A stretch of DNA of 64,000 nucleotides from Octopus sinensis (taxonomy: Eukaryota). The stretch covers positions 28,458,001 to 28,522,000 of the forward strand of contig NC_043021.1 of assembly GCF_006345805.1 (NCBI RefSeq). The letters are read 5' to 3'. The position numbers were made by a program, and so were the translations under genes. Below the pieces are notes generated by a model, which ran no database searches, was not told the origin of the DNA, and saw nothing but the letters and a program-made list of their open reading frames with translations. Of the stretch, positions 1-13,346 are shown in pieces. Position 1 is the stretch's first letter; every line of letters begins with the position of its first letter.

Positions 1-48
<48 letters not shown>

Positions 49-219
49 TAGGAATGGTATTATTAAAATACCATCACAAATGGTAAGCGAATTATCAGCC
101 GTACAGGCAAGTTAATAAAATATACATATACAATATTAGATATGTATAGTATATATATTGGTAAAACGGTTAAGATAACAAAAGAAAGAGACCTCAATAT
201 TATGTAAATAGAGGAAATT

Positions 220-373
220 TATCTATAAAATAATATGTTACATTACTCGATAGTCAAGATAAAACTCTGAGCCAGATAACCGAAGAGATGGCGTTGTGGA
301 TTCCCACTTCGGCATCTGAAACTCAGAGTTTTATCTTGACTATCGAGTAATGTAACATATTATTTTATAGATA
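220..373. repeat. Hairpin module: perfect 52-bp inverted arms (220-271 / 322-373) around a 50-bp structured core
   Basis: tatctataaaataatatgttacattactcgatagtcaagataaaactctgag is the exact reverse complement of 322-373; flanked by (TA)n. Confidence 0.95.
274..336 (+). ncRNA. Hammerhead-ribozyme-like fold, variant core (CCGAAGA...U-GAAA)
   Basis: Stem I AGATAA(274-279)/TTATCT(331-336); core CCGAAGA 280-286; stem II GATG/CATC with inner GTGG/CCAC hairpin; GAAA 318-321; stem III ACT/AGT; putative cleavage after GUU (330). Confidence 0.4.
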
Positions 374-391
374 TATATATATATATATATA

Positions 392-477
<86 letters not shown>

Positions 478-600
478 TTACATATATAATTATAATTATA
501 ATTATGATTATAATACTAGGGAATATAATTCAAACTTATAGGGAAAAATTCAATTTAGCAATTCCAAATCAAATTTCACAATATATAATATATATATATA

Positions 601-842
601 TATAATTAAGAGAAATAACCTCTGAGTGATTCAATAGTCAAATACTTTATCTATATCATATAAAAAAAATTTTGTATACGATAAATATTATTTTAAAAAG
701 TCACTAAATTAAATAAAATTATAGTTTTATTTAATTTAGTGATTTTGTAAATCATATTTATAGTATATTTCAATTTTTCTATATGTTATAGATAGTCTTT
801 CACTATTGAATTACATAATAGAGGTTTTTTCTCTTAATTATA
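601..842. repeat. AT-rich imperfect fold-back module
   Basis: tataattaagagaaa(t/a)aacctct termini inverted; central perfect 18-bp arms 701-718 / 725-742; a diverged relative of 516-620 occurs at about 11520-11731 with 19-bp inverted arms (11613-11631 / 11713-11731). Confidence 0.8.
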
Positions 843-850
843 CACACACA

Positions 851-881
<31 letters not shown>

Positions 882-2019
882 GCGCACACACATATATATA
901 TTATAAGATCCAAGGCGTAGGTGTAGGAAGTCAGTAATTTTCGAGCAGTCCGTGGTAGGTATAGAAAACTACTCTCTGGAACAATAACAGTTCATTGATC
1001 AAGAATGTGGCAGGTTTTTCCCATATCGAAGTTCGATAAGCTGAAAAAAGTGTTTTTGTATCGGTCACAGTTAGCAACCAATGTTGCTATGAATGCGAAT
1101 AAAAATCCGAATTGATACAATGGAGTAGGTAAAAGCCGGGCTGCATATGTTTTCTAGCATGCAGAACCTCGGATGTAGATTCCAGTTTAATGTTCATGAC
1201 CTTTCCCTCGGTCAGCATCAATCTCATCTAAAGTTTCCTTTCTCCTTCTCTCCTTTTCTTATTCTTAACAAACTTAGGCAATTGTCCCCTCCCATATTTT
1301 TTACCTCTTACTTTTCTATTACCGTCCCTTTTATTTATTCATATGTTTTTCTATTTTGTGTTTTTTCACTCCGCTTTTCCGGCTTCACTTATTTTAAATT
1401 TCATCTCCGGCAAGTTGACGATAATGTAGCCATTTAACTAAAGTACCTTTGACCTCATATGTTCCTAGTATAGTAGCCTTAGTCGAATAGTTATTACTTC
1501 CGACGTTCTGCGAGCTGGGAAACATACGTGGCTTGGATTTATCTTCTGTATTCTCTCAATATATATATATATATATGTTTGTGTGTGTGTGGTGCGTATA
1601 TGTGTATGTATTTGTGTGATTGTGTGTCTGTGGGTGTGGATATATATGTAGTAGCTATGGATTGTTTTTAAGCGAGAGAATGTGTGTGTTCGTTGTGTGT
1701 ATGCGTGTGTCTTTGCCAATGTGAGTGTAACTTTACATTGAAAAGTTATATTCGCAAATTGTAAAATACAAAGTTTGAAAAATCTAATACAAGCAAAAAA
1801 GCTTGACAAATTCATAGGTTATTGGCATTCGGTGAAAGCAACCTTTTACCCGCTCCCCTTTCATTTGTATTTATTTTTACCATTCTCGAACAATGAAACA
1901 TAGCATGATATTGGCTTTGACGTGTATCAGCTAGGGGGCTGGAATCTAAAGAAATTCTATATTAGTCAATTCCATACTGGATAAGATCAAAAAATTAGCG
2001 CTATTGCATCGAATATTAC

Positions 2020-2077
2020 AATAATAATAATAATAATAATAATATAATAATAATAATAATAATAATAACAACAACAA

Positions 2078-2154
<77 letters not shown>

Positions 2155-2167
2155 AGAAGAAGAAGAA
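2020..2167. repeat. Compound trinucleotide microsatellite (AAT)n(AAC)n(AGC)n(AGT)n(AAG)n
   Basis: Direct reading. Confidence 0.95.
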
Positions 2168-2998
2168 TATTAAAGTGTACCTAAATGTCTTCCATGTGAA
2201 TAGTTAACCAAGATATGAAAATTGTTAGGTAGGATCAATGAAGAATATTGGCATAAGATCTTCAGGAATTCGGCGCATCGCTGTTACTGCACATCTGCCG
2301 TATTGCGTGATCGTTCATCTCACCTTGTTACCATTTCATCTTTATTGCATCTCGATCTATGGTCTTACAGTTTTGTTGACTCCTGAGTCAGAGATCTGTG
2401 AATCTAAACAGTTGAGATGTAAAGGCACAGCGAGCATTGATGTTTGCTTTTGTTTTCTTTATCTGGCTTTTGTTTTTTGTTTTTGTTTTTTTTTCGTTTG
2501 ATTATATCTAAACCAACGTAGTTTAAGCTAAAGTGCTAAAGCATTATCGTATTATATGGAAGGAGGATAATGTTATGAAATTAGCAGAAACATAAGCAGT
2601 ACTTTCTCTCTCGCAACCCTCACACATACAGACACATGGAACATGGAACACACACACACACACGCACGCACACATGCATGTAAGTATGGATGTATGGATG
2701 TATGTATGTATTTAAGAATGTATATTCCTGTTGTTTTTCTGCGCTTTTTGACTAATTCAAACATGTGTGTGTGTGTGTGTAGTTAGATAGATATATGGTT
2801 AGATAGATAGATAGATATATATATATATATATTATATATAGAGAGAGAGAGAGGTTGGTAGACAGACAGACGGATGGATGGATGGCTGGATGGATGATTT
2901 GCGTTATTTCTTATTAGTGTTTCTCTATCTAGATGTTTTCACATTCGACAACCAAACAGTAACTGCCTGCTCATAAAGTGGGTATTCATACTTGCATG

Positions 2999-3088
<90 letters not shown>

Positions 3089-3252
3089 CAAACACAAACG
3101 CACACATGTATATTAAAATTTACAAGAGTCGATTTATTCGAATAAAAAATCTTTTAACCATTCGAATGGAATCCCCAGCTCTGCTGAAGAATGATTAACG
3201 ATAAATACATGTAAACCTACCAACATACATATATACAACCATACATACATTC

Positions 3253-3648
3253 ATAATAGAAAGGAATACTGGTGGAATATACCAGTGAAGGCCTCAATAA
3301 AGTATAAGCACAACAGACCTGATATAAGGATTTGGGATAGAGAAGAGAAATTGTGCACAGTTGTGGAAATTAGCTGCCCAACGGATGTTAACATAAAGCT
3401 GAAGGGAAAAAGAGAACACATTTGCTGAACTATTGAGAAATCTGCAGTTATTCTATCCAGATTATAAGTTCAAGTTTATACCTGTGATTATTGGGGCACT
3501 GGAATATGTAACAAACTGCCTAAATACTAATCTTTAGAAATTAGGGTTCCCAAAACCAGAAAGGAGAAAACTATTTCGAAGGCTACAGATCCAATCCCTC
3601 ACTGGAACTGTAAAAATCTGTAAAACTTTCCAGAAGTTTATCATTTAA
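3253..3648 (+). mobile_element. R4/Dong-clade non-LTR retrotransposon 3' fragment (RLE endonuclease), copy 1
   Basis: Frameshifted translation EYWWNIPVK..HNRPDIRIWDREEKLCTVVEISCP..FIPVIIGAL..IQSLTGTVKICKTF matches the RPD..E..K RLE C-terminus. Confidence 0.8.
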
Positions 3649-3973
3649 ATATATGTTTAGATATGTAACCATATGCATGCGAATACATACATAAAACATA
3701 CCTACGCAAACACACAGACACACACACACATATATACACACACACCACACAACACACACACACCACAAACACACACACACACACAAACACAAACACACAC
3801 ACACACACACAAACACAAACGCACACATGTATATTAAAATTTACAAGAGTCGATTTATTCGAATAAAAAATCTTTTAACCATTCGAATGGAATCCCCAGC
3901 TCTGCTGAAGAATGATTAACGATAAATACATGTAAACCTACCAACATACATATATACAACCATACATACATTC

Positions 3974-4369
3974 ATAATAGAAAGGAATACTGGTGGAATA
4001 TACTAGTGAAGGCCTCAATAAAGTATAAGCACAACAGACCTGATATAAGGATTTGGGATAGAGAAGAGAAATTGTGCACAGTTGTGGAAATTAGCTGCCC
4101 AACGGATGTTAACATAAAGCTGAAGGGAAAAAGAGAACACATTTGCTGAACTATTGAGAAATCTGCAGTTATTCTATCCAGATTATAAGTTCAAGTTTAT
4201 ACCTGTGATTATTGGGGCACTGGAATATGTAACAAACTGCCTAAATACTAATCTTTAGAAATTAGGGTTCCCAAAACCAGAAAGGAGAAAACTATTTCGA
4301 AGGCTACAGATCCAATCCCTCACTGGAACTGTAAAAATCTGTAAAACTTTCCAGAAGTTTATCATTTAA
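3974..4369 (+). mobile_element. R4/Dong-clade RLE 3' fragment, copy 2 (duplicate of copy 1)
   Basis: Near-identical to 3253-3648. Confidence 0.8.
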
Positions 4370-4495
4370 ATATATGTTTAGATATGTAACCATATGCATG
4401 CGAATACATACATAAAACATACCTACGCAAACACACAGACACACACACACATATATACACACACACACACACACACGCACACACAAATATATATA

Positions 4496-4793
4496 TACTA
4501 GCAGTATCGCCCGGCGTTGCTCAGGTTTGTAAGGGAAATAACTATATAAGCATTTTTAGAGAGTTATAGCCAAAAAATAGGGGAAAAATGCATTAAAAAT
4601 GGAAAAAAAATTAAGGTAAATTATTTTTAAAATCGTAGACACATCGTAGACGCGCGCTAATACCCAGAAGGGCTCGATATGACACGACTATAAGATACCC
4701 GGTTTTGGTTACACTGCACCGCAAAATGTGGGAGCAGTTACGAATCTAAATCGTAGGAGACAGACACACAACTTCAGTTTTATATATAAAGAT
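4496..4793 (+). mobile_element. Non-autonomous Helitron-like element (Lep1/HINE-type ends)
   Basis: Starts TACTAGCAGTATCGCCCGGCGTTGC and ends gacagacacacaacttcagttttatatataaagat, inside an AT-rich site; end motifs resemble small invertebrate Helitron derivatives. Confidence 0.55.
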
Positions 4794-4900
4794 ATAAGCC
4801 ACGTGGTTATATACATATACTTTGTTATATACACATTCTTAAAAGAAAATGTTATTTTGAACACAACATTTATAAAGAATAAAATATTTTTTGGTTTTTC

Positions 4901-5400
4901 TTAACCCTTTCGTTACTATATTTCTGACCAAAATACACCCCTTATGTGTTTCAATTATTTTCTAACGTAATCATAAATTTAGTCTGGTTTCATTAAACAA
5001 CAATAACTTTTTTATTTATAAATATATTAATGTGATTTTTGGAAGATAATTTAATGAAATGTTCTCAACCAATTCTATACTATAATTTTTGTCACAAAGT
5101 GACTCTAATTGCAGGTAGATACAGGTAAATTCAACAAAATATAAAATTCAAATTTTGTTCAAACATCGCTATAGAAAATGGGTTATTAGCTAATATTCAA
5201 TTGGGTATACAACAAAATTTTACGATAGAATTTGTTATTCTGGGTAACTTTCTGATACCCATAATAATATTTATGGCAAAATAGGCCTTAATTTCATTTA
5301 AGATTGTGGGAAATAACAAACTATCCTTTCTTTCGTTTTGTTTACATTTTAGCGTAACAGTTCGTTTCCGCCGTAATGATTTCAAATAGGCTCATTCGAA
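4901..5400 (-). mobile_element. piggyBac relic: one terminus plus transposase fragment
   Basis: TTAA-CCCTTT terminus at 4901; minus-strand ILNEIKAYFAINIIMGIRKLPRI (about 5220-5310) matches the piggyBac E..F...I.MG...LP motif; partner terminus not found. Confidence 0.6.
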
Positions 5401-5759
5401 AAAGTAAAAAGAAATAGTTTAAGGCTTTACTCTTCTGGGAAAGTCTGTGGCTTGGTCCAGTTTCTTCAGAAAAATCACCGAAAGAAACAGTTTTTTAATT
5501 TTCACTCCATTCAGGTGCCAATTCATTTTCTTAATCGTTGCCGGATTCACTGTTTTCACTTTAATCGTTGCAAACTTGCAAAGAGAAAGGAGAAATTAGA
5601 GTGATAGCGTCAGTGAAACAGTTCGCTCCGTTTGTGTCTGTGTGCGTTTGCGTGTGCTGTAGCTCACACTAAGAAAAGCATTTGACATATACACCACAAT
5701 GTGAGTTTTCTCTAAATTTTGCTTAATTGGGGTTGAAATTTTAAAAACTGGACCTGGCA

Positions 5760-5880
5760 CGACCCGATGCATTCTACTCTTAAAAATGCTAGGTAAATTG
5801 TAATTGAAGAAATCCTATATTGTAGATTTCTATAAGATACAAAGGGAGGCAGATAAAATCTGCCTTTTATAATAAGAGAT
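5760..5880 (+). mobile_element. Possible Helitron-like 3' end
   Basis: Subterminal hairpin aggcagat-aaa-atctgcct followed by tataataagagat. Confidence 0.35.
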
Positions 5881-6494
5881 TATAACTGTTCGCTAGTGAC
5901 CAATGAAGATCATCACTGACATGTCAAATAGCTGCAATGCTGGGTTATTGCACCAGCAGTTGTCTTTCAGCCGGGTTCGCGTCCGCCGTTTCATGTGACG
6001 CAGTGCCCGCCTACTCGACCTCGAATCTGACACTCAATCGCAAGCGATTCAAACCTAAAGTTTTAGTTTCCAGTGAAACTTGCACGGTCCCTGATTGATC
6101 GTTTCTATCCTACTGACAAGATCCGGAGAGCAAGATATGCTGTGCCAATATCAGTTGTATGCTCGGGAATCTGGGAGTAGTATGATCTCAGTTGCAAACT
6201 AAATATCACCAAATATGCAATGCTATTCCTTACCTATCTGGTTTTATATCAGAGTAACTTCAAGAAAAGCTAAGGTGTGCGTACATGAGGTATATTTTTT
6301 TAACCTACAGATATTTTGACTAACCAGGTTGGTCTAGTGGAGGTACCAGTGTCGTCGCCGACAAATCGGCCGTGCAATAGGTTTAACTGGATTCCATGTT
6401 ACCAATAGCCCCCATCAGTGACCTCACAAGTAACTTGATACACACACGCACAATCACATATATTTTTATATTCGTACATGCATGTGAGTGTACC

Positions 6495-6595
<101 letters not shown>

Positions 6596-7518
6596 CTGTA
6601 AAGACAGAGAAAAAGAGTGAGAGAGAGAGAGAAAGTTAGAGATAGGTAAATAGATAAATAAATAGATATGGCTATATTTGCATATTTGCCTGTGTACTCA
6701 CATATCTAAAGACGTATACACACTCACTCACACGCACTCTCTCTCACACACACTCACTCACGCACGCACGCACACACATATTTATCTGTGTCAATATACA
6801 CACGTACACAGCTAAATAGAAGCACATACGCTGAGTTGCATACACACACTCTCACGCATACAAACACAAACATATATACGCATGTGTGCTTATGTGCATG
6901 CTCTTCAAGGCCGAGTCCCCTCATTCTTAACATCTTTGATATATGATAACATTCGTCCCAAGTGTATATGTGTATGTAGCATTTCTTTTATGGTCGGACA
7001 TATAAGCATCGAATACATTTGTGCAGCAAAATGTCCTATATGCGTTTGTGTATGATATTATATATCATATATCTGTTTATACTAAATGTGTGTGTATAAT
7101 ATTACGGCAGACAGTTTTAGTTTCTGATGTGAATGAATATATTTAGATGGATTAAACTTATCCATTTTTAACATTTATTGCAAACTGTTACCTATATGCC
7201 TACATACATACATACATACATGTAAACATACATACGTGCGTGTGTGTGTTATAAGCTGAAACGACTAATATTTTGATATAATTTAGTACCCTCTGCCAAA
7301 CGATACCCAGCTTAGCTTTAATTTCTCGTTGTTTGTCTATTACTTACGACGTAATATTAAATAACAACCATATTGTTTTTTCCCCCTCTTTTTTTTTTTT
7401 TTTTTTTATATTTTTACATTTTCGGTACAATGTAATATAATTGGTTGATATTCTAAACAAAATATTTGCTCAAAATATAATTTGTGTTCATCGGCTTCAG
7501 ACATCTGAAAGATAACTT

Positions 7519-7754
7519 TAGTAGTTATAGTAGTAGTAGTAGTAGTAGTAGCAGCAGCAACAGCAGTAGTAGTAGTAGTAGCAGTAGTAGTAGTAGTAGT
7601 AGCTGCTACTACTACTTAGTAGTAGTAGTAGTACTACTACTACTACTACTACTACTAAGTAGTAGTAGCAGCTACTGCTACTACTACTACTGCTGCTGCT
7701 GTTACTACTACTACTATTACTACTGCTACTGCTGCTGCAACTACTACTACTACA

Positions 7755-7797
<43 letters not shown>

Positions 7798-7808
7798 TTA
7801 CCACTACT
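7519..7808. repeat. Compound (AGT/AGC)n-(ACT/GCT)n microsatellite with self-complementary blocks
   Basis: Direct reading. Confidence 0.9.
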
Positions 7809-8697
7809 AAATCTATTTCACTATAATTTGGCAATCATGCCTGTCCATTTGCTGAGGAGGTATGGTAAGCTCACTAAATTAGCTCGTAGCTGGTCGTGTA
7901 TTCCAGAGATGCGTGTCCTTAATGCTCAAGCAAATTTGGTAGGAGAATAAACAATTTGTTAAAAATCTGTACCTTTGAAGTACAGATACAATCTGACAGA
8001 TGGGGCTTCTACACAGTTTCCGTTCAATCAATTGCACTTACAAAATATACAGGCCCACCCAATGCTAGAGAAAACAGTATTTGCCTAAGATACAGTGAAC
8101 CAAACCTAACTTCTTGACAATTTGGACATACTGCGTCTACACCACCAACACCACTACTACTACTGCTGCTGTAAATGTCCTTGCTTAATGGCAAATAAAT
8201 CTATAACGATCTGCTTGTTTTCTCCCGCAAAATATATTTAAGGAGTAAGACGTAAAACTGAATAACGATCTCTCGCACAATCGTGTCATTTATTCACTAT
8301 GTTCATACTGTGAACTTAATCCATCTATCGGATTAAGAACAAAAGTAATTGAAACTGAGCTGAACGTAGGTTCGGGGAAGTGTGGAAGTGTTTGCCGAGT
8401 TGATAACGTTGATTTAGGCTATAATAGTCCATTCGAGTCGAGTGCTGTTACGGAGGGGGGGGGGGGCAGTGATTCATTTAGTGTATCTTGCAGCAATTTT
8501 GTCTGATAACATCAATATCTGCGACTGATGCGTTATTCACAGCCTTTGATGTGTTTCAAAAATACTTTTGAACAGAGCAAATCCAATTGAGTTAAAAATG
8601 TTTTACAATGCAAATTCCGTGATGTATGTTCAAGTTTTAAAGGAAGCCTAACGGACGTAGTCCCAGCACTGATTCTGGTTTCACTAACAAAATATCT

Positions 8698-8742
8698 CTA
8701 GTACATGATACCTAGGTACATGATACCTAGGTACATGATACC
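8698..8742. repeat. 15-bp tandem repeat (gtacatgatacctag), about 3 copies
   Basis: Direct reading. Confidence 0.9.
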
Positions 8743-9804
8743 AATAATGGTGATGATATATTTTTTCGCATCGTCGGTTTGATACTCGGAGCGAGTATTT
8801 GGGGCATGTCTTTCAGCGTCCGACCTTATTTCCCATCTTCCCAATATACTCAAGTAAAAACGGAGGGTTCATCTTACGATTATTCGAGTACTATTTTGAG
8901 GAGTGTTGCCTTGCTATGCGCTCTCAGCCTGAACGCCAAGAAAACCTAAGTAATCGCCAGTCTAAAGGGATCGTGAGCTGAGCAAGAGGCAGAGTCTCTC
9001 AAATGGATTTAGTTACAGAAAGTTAGCTGATAATATGATCATATGTAATCTGAGAATTAATGGACAGCGTAAAAGCAAATACTGAATAATAATTTAGTAT
9101 GCCTTTTGAAAGGAAAAATAAATAGATAGATAGATAGGTGGGTAGATAGATATAGATATATACGTATATATACATATATATACAAATATAAATATAATAT
9201 GATATGATATAAAATATGCTACATTTATGCACTATGTTGTCTAAGAAAAAAAAAAATATATATATATGTATATACGCATAGAAATGCATACATACATACA
9301 TACATACATACATACATACATTCATACATACATACATATCTGCGTGTATGATAACATAAACGACAACGACAAGACGATCATCATTGGCCATATTCAGTTT
9401 CAGAGCCAAAAACAAGCAAAAACTTTTGATGTTGAGATCTTGAGACAATCATGTAATTGTTCCGTTTTTATGAATAAACTAGATATTCCTTGAAGAGAAA
9501 GGAGATCGGAAACACTTCTCATGTGTACATTGAGACGTTTTGAACATCTGAAAACATCTCATGTCTACATAGAGACGTGTTGAGGGTCAATACTGAACGG
9601 ATATGTTTATTTATATTTTTTTATTTCTTATATTTCTCTTATTACTTCGTAACATATTACACTGCATGGTTATTAAGCAATAATTTTGCATGCATGCATG
9701 CGTACAGATAAATCTATCGATACATATACATGTCTGTGTATGTATGTCTCTATATCTCTAAATCATATGCATGTGTGCGTGTAATTCATTTATATCAGGA
9801 TATA

Positions 9805-9840
<36 letters not shown>

Positions 9841-10121
9841 TGTATGTATGTATGTATGTATGTATGTATGTATGTATGTATGTATGGAATGGTGTCCGTC
9901 TCCTCGTCTCGATTATGGAGAAAAGCACGGAGTCTCAAGATTTTATGTTTTCATCGAAAATGGATGAAATACCATTCCTCGAAGTGATCTTCTTAAAATT
10001 TTTTTTAAGATATTAAGATATTTTTATTAACATGAAACCAATGGTAACATTTATACACAAATAAAGAAATCCTAGTCATCAATGCGGTGCTGAGCAGACA
10101 TCCTTGTCTTTCAACATTCAC

Positions 10122-10178
<57 letters not shown>

Positions 10179-11727
10179 CCTAAAGCCTTTATCTATTGCC
10201 CGGTGCAGGTGGAAGGAGAAAGAATGGAAGACTATGGCTAATGCACAATGATACGCTCGAAACTGGTCGGAAATGATTAATATTTCCCGGGAAACATCTG
10301 AAAAACTGCATTGCAATGAATATTGTCTAAGTCGCTATAAAGCCACAAAGAACTAGAGATGGGCCTTGTAGATTATCTTCAAAGGCTGAGAGCAAAGACA
10401 ATGTCTCGAGTTAACGTTCCAGCCGCTCTGTATAACCGTCCCTGAACATGTCCACTCTATGGACTCCTCTATAAATCCTTGGCTGGATTGTGTATGTTTC
10501 ATAAGAGGAACACATTAGAGTTAAAATAAGAAAAAATGTTGTAATACCTTCATACGTCGAAATTGACGGCATAATCTACCACGCATATGTGTGTTTGTGT
10601 GTGTGTGTGTGTGTGCATATACTTTTATGATCAGTCATGTAGAATTTCATGTTATTTTCTTTGCCATCTTTATTGTTATTAATAATTAAACAAATCCTAT
10701 TGTTTTAAAATACCCAAACGGATAGAATTTGAAGTCACTATTGCAAAAACGGTTGATCAGGGTTTGATTTATGGAAGTTATGTTATCGATTCAGTCAAAT
10801 TGATATCAACACTAATCTTAAGAATTAAAGGAAAATTCCGAAAGAAAATATAAGCTATCGGAGGAAACATCTACTTAGTATCACAAAGTCTTTGCGAACT
10901 AACGATAAGGTTTCTGCATGGTCATTCAACCTGATAATAATGACCGCAGATATCTCCCTTAAATCACACTCTACCATCTTAGACAAAAATACACTGGATA
11001 ACGTAACCATTTAAAGAAAATGATGTGATATGCCCGATTGAAGTAGCTTTGATCATAAATCTGCTTTATCTGGGGCTGACCCAGGGCTAAACAAAAGCAG
11101 CATTTCAAAGCAACATGCAGGAAATAGCTGCCACATCTTCAAATTATTCCCAGGTTTTTTTTTTTATATAACAGAAAGGGGAGAAAATAAGTATTGAAGT
11201 CGTCGATAACTTACACCTAAGAAGAATGATGAGATTGCATCACGGGTGCGATGCAATCATTCTGGGTATTGTTGCTCAGGACGGACTTGAAGCTAAGCAA
11301 TAACAACAACAGCAGCAAAACATGCAAGAAACAACAAAGCAAAATTCAAATCAAATCTTTCCTTACTTATTTAAAAAGGCAACGCTACATTAGTTAACAC
11401 CCCGAGATAACTTATATTTGAATAAAAGGATGGGATTGTGAAGGTTGGAACACTATGTGCGCGTATGTGCGTGTGTGCGTGTGAGTGTGTGTGGGTGTAT
11501 ATATATATATAATATATATGAGGGAATATTATTCCAAACTAGAAATACTAAATCAAATTTCACAAAATATAATATATATAAATTAGAAAAAAAACACGTT
11601 TTATCAATTCAATAATGAAAAATTAAATTATACCATTTAGAAAAATTACATATTATAGAAAGACTAAATATAAAATAAAATATCTAACAATGATTAAGTA
11701 ATGTGCATAATAATAATTTAATTTTTC

Positions 11728-11803
<76 letters not shown>

Positions 11804-12151
11804 TGTATATCATTAATTAATAAATCTTAGGTTATATTTGCTGCTGAGATAGCGCGCGAGTGTGGTGGATTTTGAAAAGTTATAGCATATAGACTCGAAG
11901 CATGGTTACTATCGCTTCGTGACTATATGGTAGTCCTTGGCTATCTACTGAAGAGGCACGCCAGTTGTAAATAAATTTATGTTATTTACAAAAGATCGCC
12001 GAAACTATGAATAGTCCAGAAAGGAGAGAGTAAACGTTTTTATTTCTCTTTCCATTTCAGAATTACAACTATTAGTGGTTTGGAGTTTAGCTGCTCTTTC
12101 TAGTTAGTCGGATGTCCTATTATGGACATCCCTTATGTGCTTGAATGTATG

Positions 12152-12213
<62 letters not shown>

Positions 12214-12246
12214 AAGAGAGAGAGAGATAGATAGAGAGAGAGTGAT

Positions 12247-12647
12247 AGAATCTTCTAGTGAGGCAGGAAAGTAATCGAGGAATATATTTAGAGAGGGAAA
12301 AGAGTGAGGGATAAAAAGATAGGACAAAAGAAAGAGCGGTATAGTTAGGGATACAGAGAAATTAAAAAAGCAATGGGAAAAAAGGAAACCAGTAGCTGTG
12401 CTGAAAACGATGCTAGAGATAGAAAGAATGTATTATAAATGAGGATTATATATACATATATATAAGAGATTAAGACTGCGAAAGGAGAAGAAAGGAAGCT
12501 ATGAAGGTGGCCCGACGGGAAGACTGGTTGAATAAGTAAATCTTTGAAGTCACCTCCCCGAAGCAAGAAAGTTATTGTAGAGGTCCGAGTCTTGGGTACT
12601 TTATTAGGTTGATACATGCCGTTTTTATGTAAGTTGTGTCTGTGTTA

Positions 12648-12715
<68 letters not shown>

Positions 12716-12965
12716 ATTCTGATATATATAAGTTAATAAGTATTGAGAAAGCCCAATATATACGAAGAATGAGATATATACATATTTAAGGGTATGTCAA
12801 TTATTCACCTGGTGGCTACCATTGGTTTCATGTGAGAAAGCAGACTTTAAATGGAACTGAAAGAGTCCTACAAATATTCTATCTCACTAAATAAATACTT
12901 TCACTTATATTTAACCTACAAATAAAGAATTACGGTATACTCATAAATAAGTATGTGTGTGTCTG

Positions 12966-13002
<37 letters not shown>

Positions 13003-13019
13003 GAGAGAGAGAGAGAGAG

Positions 13020-13078
<59 letters not shown>

Positions 13079-13079
13079 T

Positions 13080-13114
<35 letters not shown>

Positions 13115-13311
13115 ATCTTCATTTATAATACATTCTTTCTATCTCTAGCATCGCTTTCAGCACAGCTACTGGTTTCCTTTTTTCCCATTGCTTTTTTAAT
13201 TTCTCTGTATCCCTAACTATACCGCTCTTTCTTTTGTCCTATCTTTTTATCCCTCACTCTTTTCCCTCTCTAAATATATTCTTCGATTAATTTCCTGCCT
13301 CACCAGAAGAT

Positions 13312-13314
<3 letters not shown>
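12247..13314. repeat. Long inverted repeat: about 218-bp arms (12247-12464 / 13097-13314), highly similar, about 630-bp spacer
   Basis: Left arm equals the reverse complement of the right arm with few substitutions; explains the twin ORFs ending [17 protein letters not shown] on opposite strands. Confidence 0.95.

Positions 13315-13346
<32 letters not shown>

Larger units (their letters stand above)
3090..4466. repeat. Tandem duplication, period 721 bp, junctions in (CA)n tracts
   Basis: About 3090-3745 recurs at about 3811-4466; the only unique-sequence difference I saw is C3283/T4004. Confidence 0.95.

Noticed and set aside
901-1140. Penelope GIY-YIG or RT coding remnant (also 12480-12620 and 52546-52836)
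   Set aside because: The frames I translated showed no recognisable GIY-YIG or RT motifs, so the PLE link rests on the hammerheads and inverted structure only.
11887-11928. Pre-miRNA-like hairpin atatag..cgaagc..gcttcg..ctatat
   Set aside because: Only 42 nt with several mismatches, and pairing does not extend into the flanks.
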